The notes: generated from the sequence alone by a model not told the origin. Shown: positions 43,685 through 53,381, counted from the stretch's first letter. The stretch is 64,000 nucleotides of DNA from an uncultured Acidimicrobiales bacterium (GCA_963775125.1 CAVZHQ010000006.1:65663-129662), one strand, 5' to 3'. Numbers and translations are program-made.

Positions 43685-44614
43685 GTGAGATGGACCGATG
43701 CCGCGCCGGAACTGGTGCTCGAGGTGACCTGTCGATCGGGAACCGAAGCGGCCAGGCACCGGATCCGGTGGGTGGGCGGCGACGTGTATCTCGACCAACA
43801 CCCCGACGTCGAGGCCGAGCTGGCGCTGGTTGCCTTCGGAGGCGAGGAGCTGCCCTGCGTCGCCATGCACCGGTTGTGGTCCGACGCAATCCGTGATGGA
43901 GGCTTCGTCGGTGAGTGGGCCGAGGGCGACTTCGACTCGGCGCGACGATGGTGGCTGGCGATGGCCTTGGAGCGCATGCGGACCGAGGGCTTCCATGAGT
44001 TCCTCAGGGACCTTCCGTTACCCCGCGCTCGGCGAATGGGGCAGTTCCTCACGTCGTTTCCCGACGAATGGATCGACCGTGCTGCCTGCCAGGTGGCCGA
44101 TGCGCCGCCGGCGAATGATCGGATCGTGGCGTTGCTGCGTGCCGGCGCAGCTCGACGCCTGCGCCACGCGTTCGCTGTGGCGGTTGGCGGGCAGCAGGTG
44201 CCCCTGGGCGCAGCTGCGCTGGTGCCGCTGTCGGTCGAGGTCGGCACGGTACAGGTCGGCGCTGGAAGAGTCGGGGCCGTCGGGTGTTCGGTCGAGGGGC
44301 GACTCGATGGGCGCAACAGCTGGGCCCGCCTGACGGTGGGCGACCGTTGGCTTCCCGACGTCTGGGCCACGCAACGATCGGTGGTCGACGGCCACCTGGT
44401 CCTGGCGATCCGTTACCCCGACGGCAACGACCCTCAGGAAGATGGTGCAGCGACGGCGAGCATCGTGGTTTGGGACAAGCAGGCGGGAACAGCCGGCTCA
44501 GTAGGCGTATTGGTTGACTCGACATTGGGCCTGGGTGAGCCCCTTACCGCGGAGAATCGACGGGTCGCACCAGAGGTCCCAGGCGTCGGGCTCGTAGCCG
44601 AACGCGAGGTCTGA
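43685..44614 (+). CDS. Hypothetical protein (309 aa), third gene of the MoxR/VWA operon
   Basis: GTG at 43685 lies 5 nt after the upstream stop (ORF 43451..44614). No family recognised. The last 117 nt overlap the convergent dioxygenase gene, so the 3' end is doubtful. Confidence 0.45.
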   Translation: MRWTDAAPELVLEVTCRSGTEAARHRIRWVGGDVYLDQHPDVEAELALVAFGGEELPCVAMHRLWSDAIRDGGFVGEWAEGDFDSARRWWLAMALERMRTEGFHEFLRDLPLPRARRMGQFLTSFPDEWIDRAACQVADAPPANDRIVALLRAGAARRLRHAFAVAVGGQQVPLGAAALVPLSVEVGTVQVGAGRVGAVGCSVEGRLDGRNSWARLTVGDRWLPDVWATQRSVVDGHLVLAIRYPDGNDPQEDGAATASIVVWDKQAGTAGSVGVLVDSTLGLGEPLTAENRRVAPEVPGVGLVAEREV

Positions 44615-45724
44615 ACGGGCCGACTCGACCTGCTGCCGGTTCAGCCAGCGGCCGTCGTAGGAGACCGGGAACCCGAGACCCGTGAGGTCGTAGGCGTAGA
44701 CGCGACAGAGTCCCGTCGGTTCTGCGTAGTCGCCGACGTAGGAGACCCAGGGTGTCTCGATGCGGAGCTGGTCGCGGAGGGCCGCCTGCAGGCTTGCGAT
44801 GTAGTTGCCCCGGTCCCAGTCGGCGATCGCCTGCTCGACGAAGACCGGTCCGCCGGGAAGACGAAGCTTGCCGTCATCGCCTGCCATCAGCAGGATCTCC
44901 TGGGTGTCGTCGCCGGTGAGTCGGGTGAGGAGCAGGCGGGTGGTGGTGACCGGCAGGTCGGAATGCACGGCAAGCACCGAACGCCCGTCGGGCGTCAGCG
45001 CGTCGTGGACGTCCGAGTCGTAGATGTAGTATCCCGTCGCCGGCGGAGCGTCGGCCGAGGCGTACTTGTTGAAGGCGCCGGACCGCGAATGGTCAGACCG
45101 GTTGCCCGAAGCCCGGTGCCACGTGTGCATGTTCATGACGAGCAGGTCGCCCCGGCACAGCGCTGGATCGACGTAGTCGTCCTCGGACGGCTTGATGGCG
45201 GGTGCCACAGTGAGCGGCCGTTCGGGGCCGGCGGAGATGCGATCGAGCCGGTGCGATCCGGGGGCGACGAACAATTGGCCGGCGTCGGAGTCGAAGTCGC
45301 AGAAGGGCACGACGGTGAAGGCCCAGTTCATGGATGACCCCACCGGCCTCCAGCGCTTGTAGTCATTGTGGGAAGGAATGCCGGTGCCGCCGGGTGTGCG
45401 CTCGTAGATGACGTAGGTGGTGAGCCGCGGGTCGCCGCCCAATGCATCGCCCACGGCCGAGGTGACGGCCGGATGCTCGGCCAGGAACGCAAGATCGGGA
45501 TCCTTCAGACAGTTGTTGGCCAAGGTGTATCGGCCGGGCTCGGGGTAGGTGAGGCTCTTGACGTCGTAGAGCGTTCCGTCGACGGGAGGGTTGCGAGCGA
45601 AGCCCGTCTCGAGGCGCGAGATCTCGGCGTCGGAGAAGACGTTGCGGAGCACGACGAACCCGTCACGCTGGTAGTCGGCGAGTTGGCTGGCAGTGAGTCC
45701 GGTGGCGGTGAGTCCGATGGCCAT
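44498..45724 (-). CDS. Phytanoyl-CoA dioxygenase (PhyH) family Fe(II)/2-oxoglutarate oxygenase with an extra C-terminal domain of about 150 aa
   Basis: ATG at 45724 within ORF 44498..45823. Contains QLADYQRDGFVVLRNVF, HNDY (HxD), TWHRASGN and a late R. The C-terminal region is uncharacterised (..EILLMAGDDGKLRLPGGPVF..). Confidence 0.75.
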   Translation of the reverse strand: MAIGLTATGLTASQLADYQRDGFVVLRNVFSDAEISRLETGFARNPPVDGTLYDVKSLTYPEPGRYTLANNCLKDPDLAFLAEHPAVTSAVGDALGGDPRLTTYVIYERTPGGTGIPSHNDYKRWRPVGSSMNWAFTVVPFCDFDSDAGQLFVAPGSHRLDRISAGPERPLTVAPAIKPSEDDYVDPALCRGDLLVMNMHTWHRASGNRSDHSRSGAFNKYASADAPPATGYYIYDSDVHDALTPDGRSVLAVHSDLPVTTTRLLLTRLTGDDTQEILLMAGDDGKLRLPGGPVFVEQAIADWDRGNYIASLQAALRDQLRIETPWVSYVGDYAEPTGLCRVYAYDLTGLGFPVSYDGRWLNRQQVESARSDLAFGYEPDAWDLWCDPSILRGKGLTQAQCRVNQYAY

Positions 45725-45777
45725 GGGAAATCGTCCCACGGATCGACCCGGCGGCTCCAACGCGCTAAACCAAATGC

Positions 45778-46758
45778 ATGAGCACCGCTTCGGATCAGCC
45801 AGCACCAGATCAACCGGCATCAAATCAACCAGCCGGTCGGTCGTTGGAAGGACGAGTCGTCATCGTCACTGGTGGCGGGCGCGGCGTGGGCCGTGAACAT
45901 GCGTTGCTGTTCGCCCGCGAGGGAGCCAAGGTCGTCGTGAACGACCTGGGTGGAGCCCAGGACGGGTCGGGAGCCGACATCGGTCCGGCGGCAGAGACCG
46001 TCGCCGAGATCGAGGCGTTCGGTGGGCAGGCGGTCGCCAACGGGGACTCGGTCGCCGATTGGGAGGGATCGCAGCGCATGATCAACCAGGCCGTCGAATC
46101 CTTTGGTGATCTCCACGCCGTGGTGAACAACGCCGGCATCCTGCGTGATCGCATGCTGGTCAACATGACCGAGGCCGAGTTCGACGCCGTGGTCAACGTG
46201 CACCAGAAGGGGACGTGGCTGATGATGCGCCACGCCGGCGCCTACTGGCGGGAGATGGTGAAGGCCGGCAAGGAGGTGAAGGCGAGCATCGTGAACACCT
46301 CGTCGACCTCGGGCCTGCATTCCAACCCGGGTCAGATCAACTACGGCGGCGCGAAGGCGGCGATCGCCACGATGTCGATCATCGCGGCCCGCGAGCTCGG
46401 CCGATACGGGGTGCGCGTCAACGCCATTGCACCGTCGGCCCGGACCCGCATGACCCTGGCAACGCCGGGTCTGGGCGAGCGGATCAAGGAACCCGAGGAC
46501 GGTTCGTTCGACGTGTGGGACCCCGCGAACATCTCACCGCTGGTGGCCTGGTTGTGCACCGAGGATTGTCCGGCGACAGCCCAGGTCTACTGGGTCGGTG
46601 GTAGCCGCATCGGCCGCTATCAGGAATGGACGCAGGTCGATCTGGCCAACAACGACGACGCCTGGACGGTGGACAGCGTCGCCCGGGCGGTCGGCGACTG
46701 GGAGTCAGGCCACGTCAACACCCGGAGCCTTCGCATCACGGGTACAGAGAAGATCTGA
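45778..46758 (+). CDS. SDR-family oxidoreductase (3-oxoacyl/hydroxyacyl-CoA dehydrogenase-like)
   Basis: ORF 45778..46758. Contains VVIVTGGGRGVGREHA, NNAGILRD and YGGAKAA. Confidence 0.85.
   Translation: MSTASDQPAPDQPASNQPAGRSLEGRVVIVTGGGRGVGREHALLFAREGAKVVVNDLGGAQDGSGADIGPAAETVAEIEAFGGQAVANGDSVADWEGSQRMINQAVESFGDLHAVVNNAGILRDRMLVNMTEAEFDAVVNVHQKGTWLMMRHAGAYWREMVKAGKEVKASIVNTSSTSGLHSNPGQINYGGAKAAIATMSIIAARELGRYGVRVNAIAPSARTRMTLATPGLGERIKEPEDGSFDVWDPANISPLVAWLCTEDCPATAQVYWVGGSRIGRYQEWTQVDLANNDDAWTVDSVARAVGDWESGHVNTRSLRITGTEKI
45793..45837. repeat. 15-bp tandem repeat x3 at the SDR N-terminus (DQPAP/DQPAS/NQPAG)
   Basis: Units are gatcagccagcacca / gatcaaccggcatca / aatcaaccagccggt. Confidence 0.85.
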
Positions 46759-46847
46759 GTCCGCCTCACGTTGGCGGGCCCGTTCATCAGTACGAACAAA
46801 CAGCAGCACGAAGAACAACAGCAGCACTCAATCAGTAGGGGAAGCCC

Positions 46848-47675
46848 ATGTCTCGATCCATCGACACCGGTAGCGAACATCTCACGGCGGAGGTCGGCGA
46901 TGACGGCGTCTGCGTCATCACCATGAACCGACCAGAGGCCCGCAACGCCATGACCGGAGGCATGCTTTCCGGCCTGGCGTCGGCGCTGGCTGACGCCGAA
47001 ACCGCCGCCGACGTCCGGTGCGTGGTGCTCACCGGAGCGGGTGGAGCGTTCTGTGCGGGTGGCGACGTCAAGGCGTTCGCCTCGGGCGACGGGGCCGGCG
47101 GGGGATCCAGCTCGTGGGACGCCGGTGTCCACGAGCAGCGTCTCAGCCACCGCGCGACGTCGGGTGTGTTGTTCAACATGCCGAAGCCGACCGTTGCGGT
47201 GCTGCCTGGTCCGGCGGCGGGGGCTGGGCTCTCGCTCGCCCTGGCCTGCGACCTGCGCGTCGCCGTCGACACGGCCATCATCACGACAGCGTTCGCCAAG
47301 GTCGGCCTGGCCGGTGACTACGGCGGCACGTGGTTCCTCACCCAACTCGTGGGCCCGGCCAAGGCCAAGGAGCTGTATTTCCTGCCTGACCGCATGGACA
47401 TGGCCACGGCGTTGCAGCTCGGCATCGTCAACCAGGTGGTTGCGGCCGACGCGTTCGATGCGACCTGGCGGGCGCTGGCGGCGAAGCTCGCTGCAGGCCC
47501 CACCATTGCGTACCGGTACATGAAGGAGAACATCAATCGTTCGGTCGGCGGCGACCTGGCCACCAATCTGGACTTCGAGTCGACCCACCACCGACACACC
47601 GGCACGACCGAGGATCACAAGGAAGCCTCCAGGGCCTTCGTCGACAAGCGCGAACCGGTCTTCCGCGGCCGCTGA
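46848..47675 (+). CDS. Enoyl-CoA hydratase/isomerase (crotonase) family protein
   Basis: ORF 46848..47675. Contains VCVITMNRPEARNAM, LTGAGGAFCAGGDV and AAGAGLSLALACDLRV. Confidence 0.9.
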   Translation: MSRSIDTGSEHLTAEVGDDGVCVITMNRPEARNAMTGGMLSGLASALADAETAADVRCVVLTGAGGAFCAGGDVKAFASGDGAGGGSSSWDAGVHEQRLSHRATSGVLFNMPKPTVAVLPGPAAGAGLSLALACDLRVAVDTAIITTAFAKVGLAGDYGGTWFLTQLVGPAKAKELYFLPDRMDMATALQLGIVNQVVAADAFDATWRALAAKLAAGPTIAYRYMKENINRSVGGDLATNLDFESTHHRHTGTTEDHKEASRAFVDKREPVFRGR

Positions 47676-47703
47676 TCCATTCAAAGGAAGAGAGTGCAGT
47701 CTG

Positions 47704-48801
47704 ATGCCCACCCCCGCGCGAGTCGTGGTGCTGCCCAAGGAGTTCGCTCCGATGCGGGTCGAAGAAATCGAGATCCCCGACCCCATCGGGCATCAGGTGG
47801 TCGTGAAGGAATTTGCCAGCGGCATCTGCCACAGTCAGCTCCATACGATCCACAACGCGAGGGCGCACGACATCTGCCTCGGCCACGAGGCCACCGGAGA
47901 GGTCCTCGCGATCGGCGAGCTCGTCACCCACGTGAAGCCCGGCGATCGGGTGCTCCTCACCTTCCAGCCTCGGAATCTGCGCACCACCGACCGGATGCCC
48001 TGGAAGGCCGGACTGGACCTGGCGGACGGTGGTCGGCTGCAGTCGAGTCAGATCTTCACCTGGAGCACGCACACGATTCTCGATGACCAGTATGTCATCC
48101 CGCTTGCTGCCGACGCGCCTGTCGATGTCACTGCCATCGTCGGCTGCGCCGTGCTGACCGGGGCGGGTGCGGTCCTGCGGGCGGCCAGGGTGCAACCCGG
48201 GCAGAGCGTCGCCATTTGGGGTGTCGGTGGCGTAGGGCTCAACGCCGTCGCGGCCGCCCGCATGTCGGGCGCCAATCCCATCATCGCGGTCGACATGGAC
48301 GATGAGAAGCTCGACCTGGCCAAGCGCTTCGGCGCCACGCATGTGATCAACGCGACCAACCAGGACCCGACCGAGGTCATCCGTTCGTTGACGCCGGGAC
48401 CCGACGGGGCGTTCGGGTACGGAGGAACGCCGATCGCCGGTGTGGACTTCGCCTTCGACGTCGTGGCTCGGCCGGCCACGTTCCTGCAGGCCTTCCGGTC
48501 AACCCGTAACAGCCGCAACGCGGTCCACGGCGGCGGAACGACCGTGGTGGTCGGCGTGCCGCAGGCGCCCTTCGAGTTGCCCGCGATCGAGCTGCTCATG
48601 AACGAACGGCACGTCCAAGGCACCCTGGGGGGCACGGCGGTACCCGAAGAGGACATTCCGCGCTTCGTCGGTTGGTATCAGAACGGTGACCTCGACCTCG
48701 ATGCCCTGGTCACCTCACGGGTCGGCCTCGACGAGATCAACGAAGCCTGCAGGATGCTCGATGACGGCAAGGTTCTGGGACGGTCGATCATCGAGTTCTG
48801 A
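47704..48801 (+). CDS. Zinc-dependent alcohol dehydrogenase (MDR) family oxidoreductase
   Basis: ORF 47704..48801. Contains GICHSQLH, GHEATGEVLAIG and IWGVGGVGLNAV. Confidence 0.85.
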   Translation: MPTPARVVVLPKEFAPMRVEEIEIPDPIGHQVVVKEFASGICHSQLHTIHNARAHDICLGHEATGEVLAIGELVTHVKPGDRVLLTFQPRNLRTTDRMPWKAGLDLADGGRLQSSQIFTWSTHTILDDQYVIPLAADAPVDVTAIVGCAVLTGAGAVLRAARVQPGQSVAIWGVGGVGLNAVAAARMSGANPIIAVDMDDEKLDLAKRFGATHVINATNQDPTEVIRSLTPGPDGAFGYGGTPIAGVDFAFDVVARPATFLQAFRSTRNSRNAVHGGGTTVVVGVPQAPFELPAIELLMNERHVQGTLGGTAVPEEDIPRFVGWYQNGDLDLDALVTSRVGLDEINEACRMLDDGKVLGRSIIEF

Positions 48802-48820
48802 CGGGACCGATGCCGGCGTG

Positions 48821-49857
48821 TCAGGCGCCGAGTGCCTCGGTCCGTCGTCGCGCGGCGACCGCGACAGCCTCGATGCCGGGCCCATCGCTCGATGGTGACT
48901 CGTTGAGGGCGGCGGCGTCGAACGGCAAGTCGGCCATTGCCGCCAGCGTTCCGGACACCGACCGGGCGAGGGCACCGAGGTCATAGCCGCCTTCGAGCAG
49001 GAACACGGTGCGGCCGGCGGGCACGAGTTCGAGGACGCGCTTGGTCAGGAGGTGATAGTCGCCCGCAGTCCAGCGCAGGTCGGCCAGCGGGTCGTCCCGG
49101 TGGGCGTCGTAGCCCGCCGAGACCAGGATCCAATCGGGGGCGAAGCGTTCGATTTCGGGGCCGATGATGGTGTCGAACGAAGCGAGGGCGACGTGGCCCG
49201 GCGCGCCTGCCGGCAGCGGGATGTTGATGGTGTGCCCCCGGGCCTCCGGGCCTCCGATTTCGCCGGCGCGCCCCGTGCCGGGATACGAGGGATGCTGGTG
49301 GATCGACGCGTACAACACCAGCGGGTCGTTCCAGAAGATGTCCTGGGTGCCGTTGCCGTGGTGGACATCCCAGTCGAAGATGGCGACGCGGCTGTCCGCG
49401 GGATCGAAGAACGGCAGCGGCGACGGCGACGTTGTTGACGAGACAGAAGCCCATGGCCTGGTTGGCGGTTGCGTGATGGCCGGGTGGCCGCACGGCGACG
49501 AAGGCCGAACGAGCCCCACCCGCTTCGAGCGCCTCGACCGCGGCCAAGGTCGAACCGGCGGCCCACAACGCGGTGTCCCAGGAGCCCGACGAGGTGTGCG
49601 TGTCGGCATCGATCTCGCCCCCGCCGCCTTTGGATCTGGCGTTCCAGCGCATCGAGATAGTTGGCGTGGTGGGCCCGTTCGAGTTCGTCGCGGGTCGCCG
49701 GCCGACCCGTGGTCCGGTGGACGGCCTCAGCCAGACGGGCATCGTCGAGGGCGGCAGCGGCCGCGGGCAGACGCGCGGCCCGCTCGGGATGCCAGCCGCC
49801 CGTGTCGTGGGCGTCGTGGTCGCGGGTGTCAATCCAGACGATCGGGCTCATCGACAT
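48821..49857 (-). pseudogene. Histone deacetylase-family (HDAC/AcuC-like) deacetylase; two frameshifts as assembled
   Basis: ATG at 49857 overlaps the kinase stop (TGATG). MSMSPIVWIDTRDHDAH..HPERAARL..ANYLDALER is followed by a shift near 49645, then ..GGGEIDADTH..AFVAVRPPGHHA..GFCLVNNVAVAAA, a shift near 49410, then ..RVAIFDWDVHHGNGTQDIF..SAGYDAH..LLEGGY. Confidence 0.85.
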
Positions 49858-51740
49858 CAGGGTAGGCGCGGGTCGAGGGGCACGGCCCACACCACCTTGG
49901 TGCCCGAGCCATCGGGCCCCGAGCTGTGCTCGATGCGGCCATCGAGAAGCTGCGCCCGGATCTCGAGGTTGCGCAACCCGTACCCGCGCGGCGCGTCGGG
50001 ATCGATTCCGTCACCGTCGTCGATGACGGTCAACGCCAGCACACCCGGGCCTACCTCGATGCGGGCTTCGGCCGATTCGGCGTTGGCGTGACGCTCGACG
50101 TTCGAGAGGAGTTCGTTGAGCGCGGGCAAGAGCTGCGCCTGATGCGAGGACGGAAGTGCATCGACATCGCCGGTGATCTCGAGCCGGATGTGGTTGCGAC
50201 CCACGGCCCGGTGTCGGTCGATCAGACGGTCGAGTTCGCCCCGAAAGCCGACACCGCCGAGGCCGTCGGCTCTCGTCAACGCAAAGATCGCTCGGCGGAT
50301 GACGGCAATGGTTTCGTCGAGGTCGGTGATTGCCTCGATCGCCTTGTCGCTGAGTCGGGCGGGGGATCCGAGCGACGCCTGGAGTCCCATTCCGGTGGCG
50401 AACAGTCGTTGGATGACGAGATCGTGGAGGTCGCGGGCGATGCGCTCCCGATCCTCGATGACGGCGAGATAGCGCCGGTCGTCTCTCGCCTGGTCGAGGA
50501 CCAGCGTGATGGCGGCCTCGGCCGCGAGCGCGGTGCCCACCGCGGCGGCCTCCTGGGTGAAGGGACGTCCACCAACGGGGCGAGCGACAACCAACACGCC
50601 CTCGATGGAGGTGTCGGTGACGAGCGGGGCGACGAGCGCCGGCCCGAAGGCGCCGAGCGCGTCGTGGAGTTGGGCAGCCAGGGGATCGGCGCTGTCCCGC
50701 ACCAGCAAGACCTGATCGTGAACCGACGGGTTGAGTGTCGCCAATTCCGCTCCCGTCAGATCCATGGTCGTGGTCGACGCCATGGCCCGGCACCACAGAC
50801 GACCGGTCATGGTCGACGCAATGAGCACATGTTGGGCTTCGAGCTGGTGCAGCGCCGCGTGGGCGACCGCCGACAGCACCTCCTCGGCGGACACTTCGGC
50901 CAACGCCGATCGACGGATCTCGGCGAGCGCCCCCAAGAGCTGCTCTCGTCGGTCACGTTCTCGGTCGACCCGGATGCGTTCGCTGATGTTGCGGGTCATT
51001 GCAACGAGAGGTCGAGGAAAGCCCGCGCTGACGACGGGGTAGCTGAGCGTGAGCTCGACCGGCAAAGGCTCCCCGTGGCGGCGGGCGAAGGTCGTCAGCT
51101 GCGTGAGGCTCTGGACTGTTCCGGACAGAAGTGGTGCCACCAGTCGTCGGAGACGGGCGAGGTCGAGGTCGGCGCAGAGGTCGACGAGTGTGTGCGACGC
51201 CACCATTTCGGTCGTGCTGAATCCGGTTTGGTAGGTCGCTCCGGCGTTTGCGTAGGTGATGCTGAGATCGCCGGGTCGTATCAACAGCACCCCGTGGTCG
51301 ATGATGTCGAGCGACCGCCGGATGGCGTCGAGTTCGGCCTCGATCGAGAGCCGCTGTGAGACATCGCGGACCGCCGCGAAGGTGGCTGGGCCGGTGGACA
51401 GGGCGATGGGGCTGAGGCTGATCTCGACGGGTAGCAACGAGCCGTCATGGTGCAACGCCGAGACCCGAGCCCGGGGATCTCCCATCGGGCGCTGCCGGGG
51501 CGCTTCGCTGAACCGCCGCCGCTGGTGGACGTGCTCGCTCTGATAGGTCGTCGGAATCAGCGCTTCGATGGGGCGTCCGAGCAGCTCGTGGGGCGTGTAG
51601 CCGAGCATCACGTGGAGCTGTCGGTTTGCCAGGCGGATGACGCCGTCGGCATCGATGACCACGTACCCGTCGGGCGCCTCCTCGAACAGGTCGGGAGCGG
51701 CCAGGTGTAGCTCTCCGCGCCAGTCCTCGGAGGGAGTCAT
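49857..51740 (-). CDS. Soluble sensor histidine kinase: PAS-PAS-GAF-HisKA_3-HATPase
   Basis: ORF 49857..51740. Two PAS-like segments and a GAF-like segment. H-box ERIARDLHDLVIQRLF, N-box NVERHANA, then VIDDGDGI and GYGLRNL. Confidence 0.9.
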   Translation of the reverse strand: MTPSEDWRGELHLAAPDLFEEAPDGYVVIDADGVIRLANRQLHVMLGYTPHELLGRPIEALIPTTYQSEHVHQRRRFSEAPRQRPMGDPRARVSALHHDGSLLPVEISLSPIALSTGPATFAAVRDVSQRLSIEAELDAIRRSLDIIDHGVLLIRPGDLSITYANAGATYQTGFSTTEMVASHTLVDLCADLDLARLRRLVAPLLSGTVQSLTQLTTFARRHGEPLPVELTLSYPVVSAGFPRPLVAMTRNISERIRVDRERDRREQLLGALAEIRRSALAEVSAEEVLSAVAHAALHQLEAQHVLIASTMTGRLWCRAMASTTTMDLTGAELATLNPSVHDQVLLVRDSADPLAAQLHDALGAFGPALVAPLVTDTSIEGVLVVARPVGGRPFTQEAAAVGTALAAEAAITLVLDQARDDRRYLAVIEDRERIARDLHDLVIQRLFATGMGLQASLGSPARLSDKAIEAITDLDETIAVIRRAIFALTRADGLGGVGFRGELDRLIDRHRAVGRNHIRLEITGDVDALPSSHQAQLLPALNELLSNVERHANAESAEARIEVGPGVLALTVIDDGDGIDPDAPRGYGLRNLEIRAQLLDGRIEHSSGPDGSGTKVVWAVPLDPRLP

Positions 51741-52444
51741 TCGTAGCGTCGACGTTCCCGTTCGTCGAGGCGTGCGGCGAAGGCTGCGGCCTCGGTCCGG
51801 CGACTCATGCCCAACTTGGCCAGAAGGTTGGACACGTAGTTCTTCACCGTCTTTTCGGCCAGGAACATCTCGTCGGCGATGGCCCGGTTGGAGCGGCCTT
51901 CCCCGATGAGCTCGAAGATGCGAAGTTCCTGGGGCGTCAGCGTCTCGATGATCCCGCGATCACTGGTGCGGAGCCGGTCGATGCCCATACGGACGGTCGC
52001 AGGGTCGAGGAGCTGTGATCCGGCGGCCACCTTGCGGATGGACTCGATGAGGTCGTTGCCCCGGATCTGCTTGAGTACGTAGCCCGCTGCGCCGGCAAGC
52101 GCCGCATCGACGAGCGCCTGATCGTCGGCGTAGCTGGTGAAGATGAGGCACGCGGTCTCGGGGTGACTCGACCGGATCTCTCGGCAAACCGAGATGCCGT
52201 TGCCGTCTTCGAGGCGGACGTCGATGACGGCGACATCCGGGCGGCACCGCTCGACTTCGCGGAGGGCATCGGTTGCGCCGCCGGCCTGCCCGACGACTTC
52301 GAGATCGGGTTCGGCGTTGAGCAGGTCGGCGACGCCCCGGCGAACCACCTCGTGGTCGTCGAGGAGGAACACTCGGGTGGGTGCCTCGGAACTCACGAGT
52401 ATCGAGAGCGGATCATGGCTGGACCGCTCCGTCGGGGGCGTCAT
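51737..52444 (-). CDS. NarL/LuxR-family response regulator (DosR/DevR-like)
   Basis: Within ORF 51737..52585, starting at ATG 52444 (alternative GTG 52398). The stop overlaps the kinase start (ATGA). Contains RVFLLDDHEVVRRG, VAVIDVRLEDGNG and the HTH region LTPQELRIFELIGEGRSNRAIADEMFLAEKTVKNYVSN. Confidence 0.85.
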   Translation of the reverse strand: MTPPTERSSHDPLSILVSSEAPTRVFLLDDHEVVRRGVADLLNAEPDLEVVGQAGGATDALREVERCRPDVAVIDVRLEDGNGISVCREIRSSHPETACLIFTSYADDQALVDAALAGAAGYVLKQIRGNDLIESIRKVAAGSQLLDPATVRMGIDRLRTSDRGIIETLTPQELRIFELIGEGRSNRAIADEMFLAEKTVKNYVSNLLAKLGMSRRTEAAAFAARLDERERRRYE

Positions 52445-53381
52445 CAGCGGTCGCGGGTACGACAATGGTGACGGTGTTGGGGTGGTGGACCAGTCCGGTC
52501 GTGACCGAGCCCAGGAGGAGATGCACGATTCCTCGGTGGCCGCGCGCTCCCAGGACCAGCATCGAGGCGTCCTCGGCATGGTCACGGAGGATCGAGCGCG
52601 GATCGCCGAAGGCGAGTTTGGTCTCGAGGTTTGCCGGTGCAGTACCGCCGGCCAGAGCGACCGCCTTGTCGATGGAGAAGTCGAGGGTGGCCTGCGCCTG
52701 GGTCTCGAACGCCTCGATGGGGAGGGTCACCAGCTCGGGCGCGGCGCCGACGTTGATGGTGTAGGAGTGAACGGCGAGGATCGAGGCGCTGGTCGGCAGG
52801 GTCATGATGGCCCAGGCCAAGGCGGCGATGGAGTTCTCGGAGCCGTCGAGACCGACGACGATCTTGGCGTCGGCGCGGTCGGTGATGCAGTCGGTGGGGG
52901 CGTCGATCGGGATGACGGCAACCGGCTTTCGGCTGTGGCCGACGACGTGGGAGCTGATCGATCCGAGGACGGCTCCGGCAATGGCGCCGTGGCCCCTCGT
53001 GCCCACCACGACGAGGTCAGCGCCGGCGCCGAACTCGACGAGCGCAGGGCCTGCGTTGGAGCGGCACACGATGGCGGGGGAGACACCGGGCCGGGCGTAG
53101 GACTCGAGCGCCCGCTCTGCGGTTGCGCGCGCCGCGGCGGCGAAGTCCTCGGGGGGAGGCGGCAGGGGGTCGGCCGCAAGGCCGGTGCCCATACCCCACC
53201 AGGGGTACTGCCAGGCCACGATGGGCTGCACCGCACCGAAGACCGGAATGTGGTTGACGGCCCATTCCAGCGCATGACCGGAGCCCTCGGAGCCATCGAC
53301 GCCGACGACCTGGCCGCCGCGTACCGCAGGTTCGGGGTTTGCCTCGGCCTGATCAACGGACTCGCTCTTCTCGGAGTTCAT
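52413..53381 (-). CDS. Universal stress protein with tandem USP domains
   Basis: ATG at 53381 preceded by GGGAG (ORF 52413..53444). Contains VVVGTRGHGAIAGAVLGSISSHVV and MLVLGARGHRGIVHLLLGSVTTGLV. Confidence 0.85.
   Translation of the reverse strand: MNSEKSESVDQAEANPEPAVRGGQVVGVDGSEGSGHALEWAVNHIPVFGAVQPIVAWQYPWWGMGTGLAADPLPPPPEDFAAAARATAERALESYARPGVSPAIVCRSNAGPALVEFGAGADLVVVGTRGHGAIAGAVLGSISSHVVGHSRKPVAVIPIDAPTDCITDRADAKIVVGLDGSENSIAALAWAIMTLPTSASILAVHSYTINVGAAPELVTLPIEAFETQAQATLDFSIDKAVALAGGTAPANLETKLAFGDPRSILRDHAEDASMLVLGARGHRGIVHLLLGSVTTGLVHHPNTVTIVVPATADDAPDGAVQP

Noticed and set aside
44498-44614. The 117-nt convergent overlap between the hypothetical gene and the PhyH gene as a deliberate antisense arrangement.
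   Set aside because: Given the indel rate in this contig, the hypothetical gene more likely has a hidden earlier stop. The overlapping tail translation is unremarkable.
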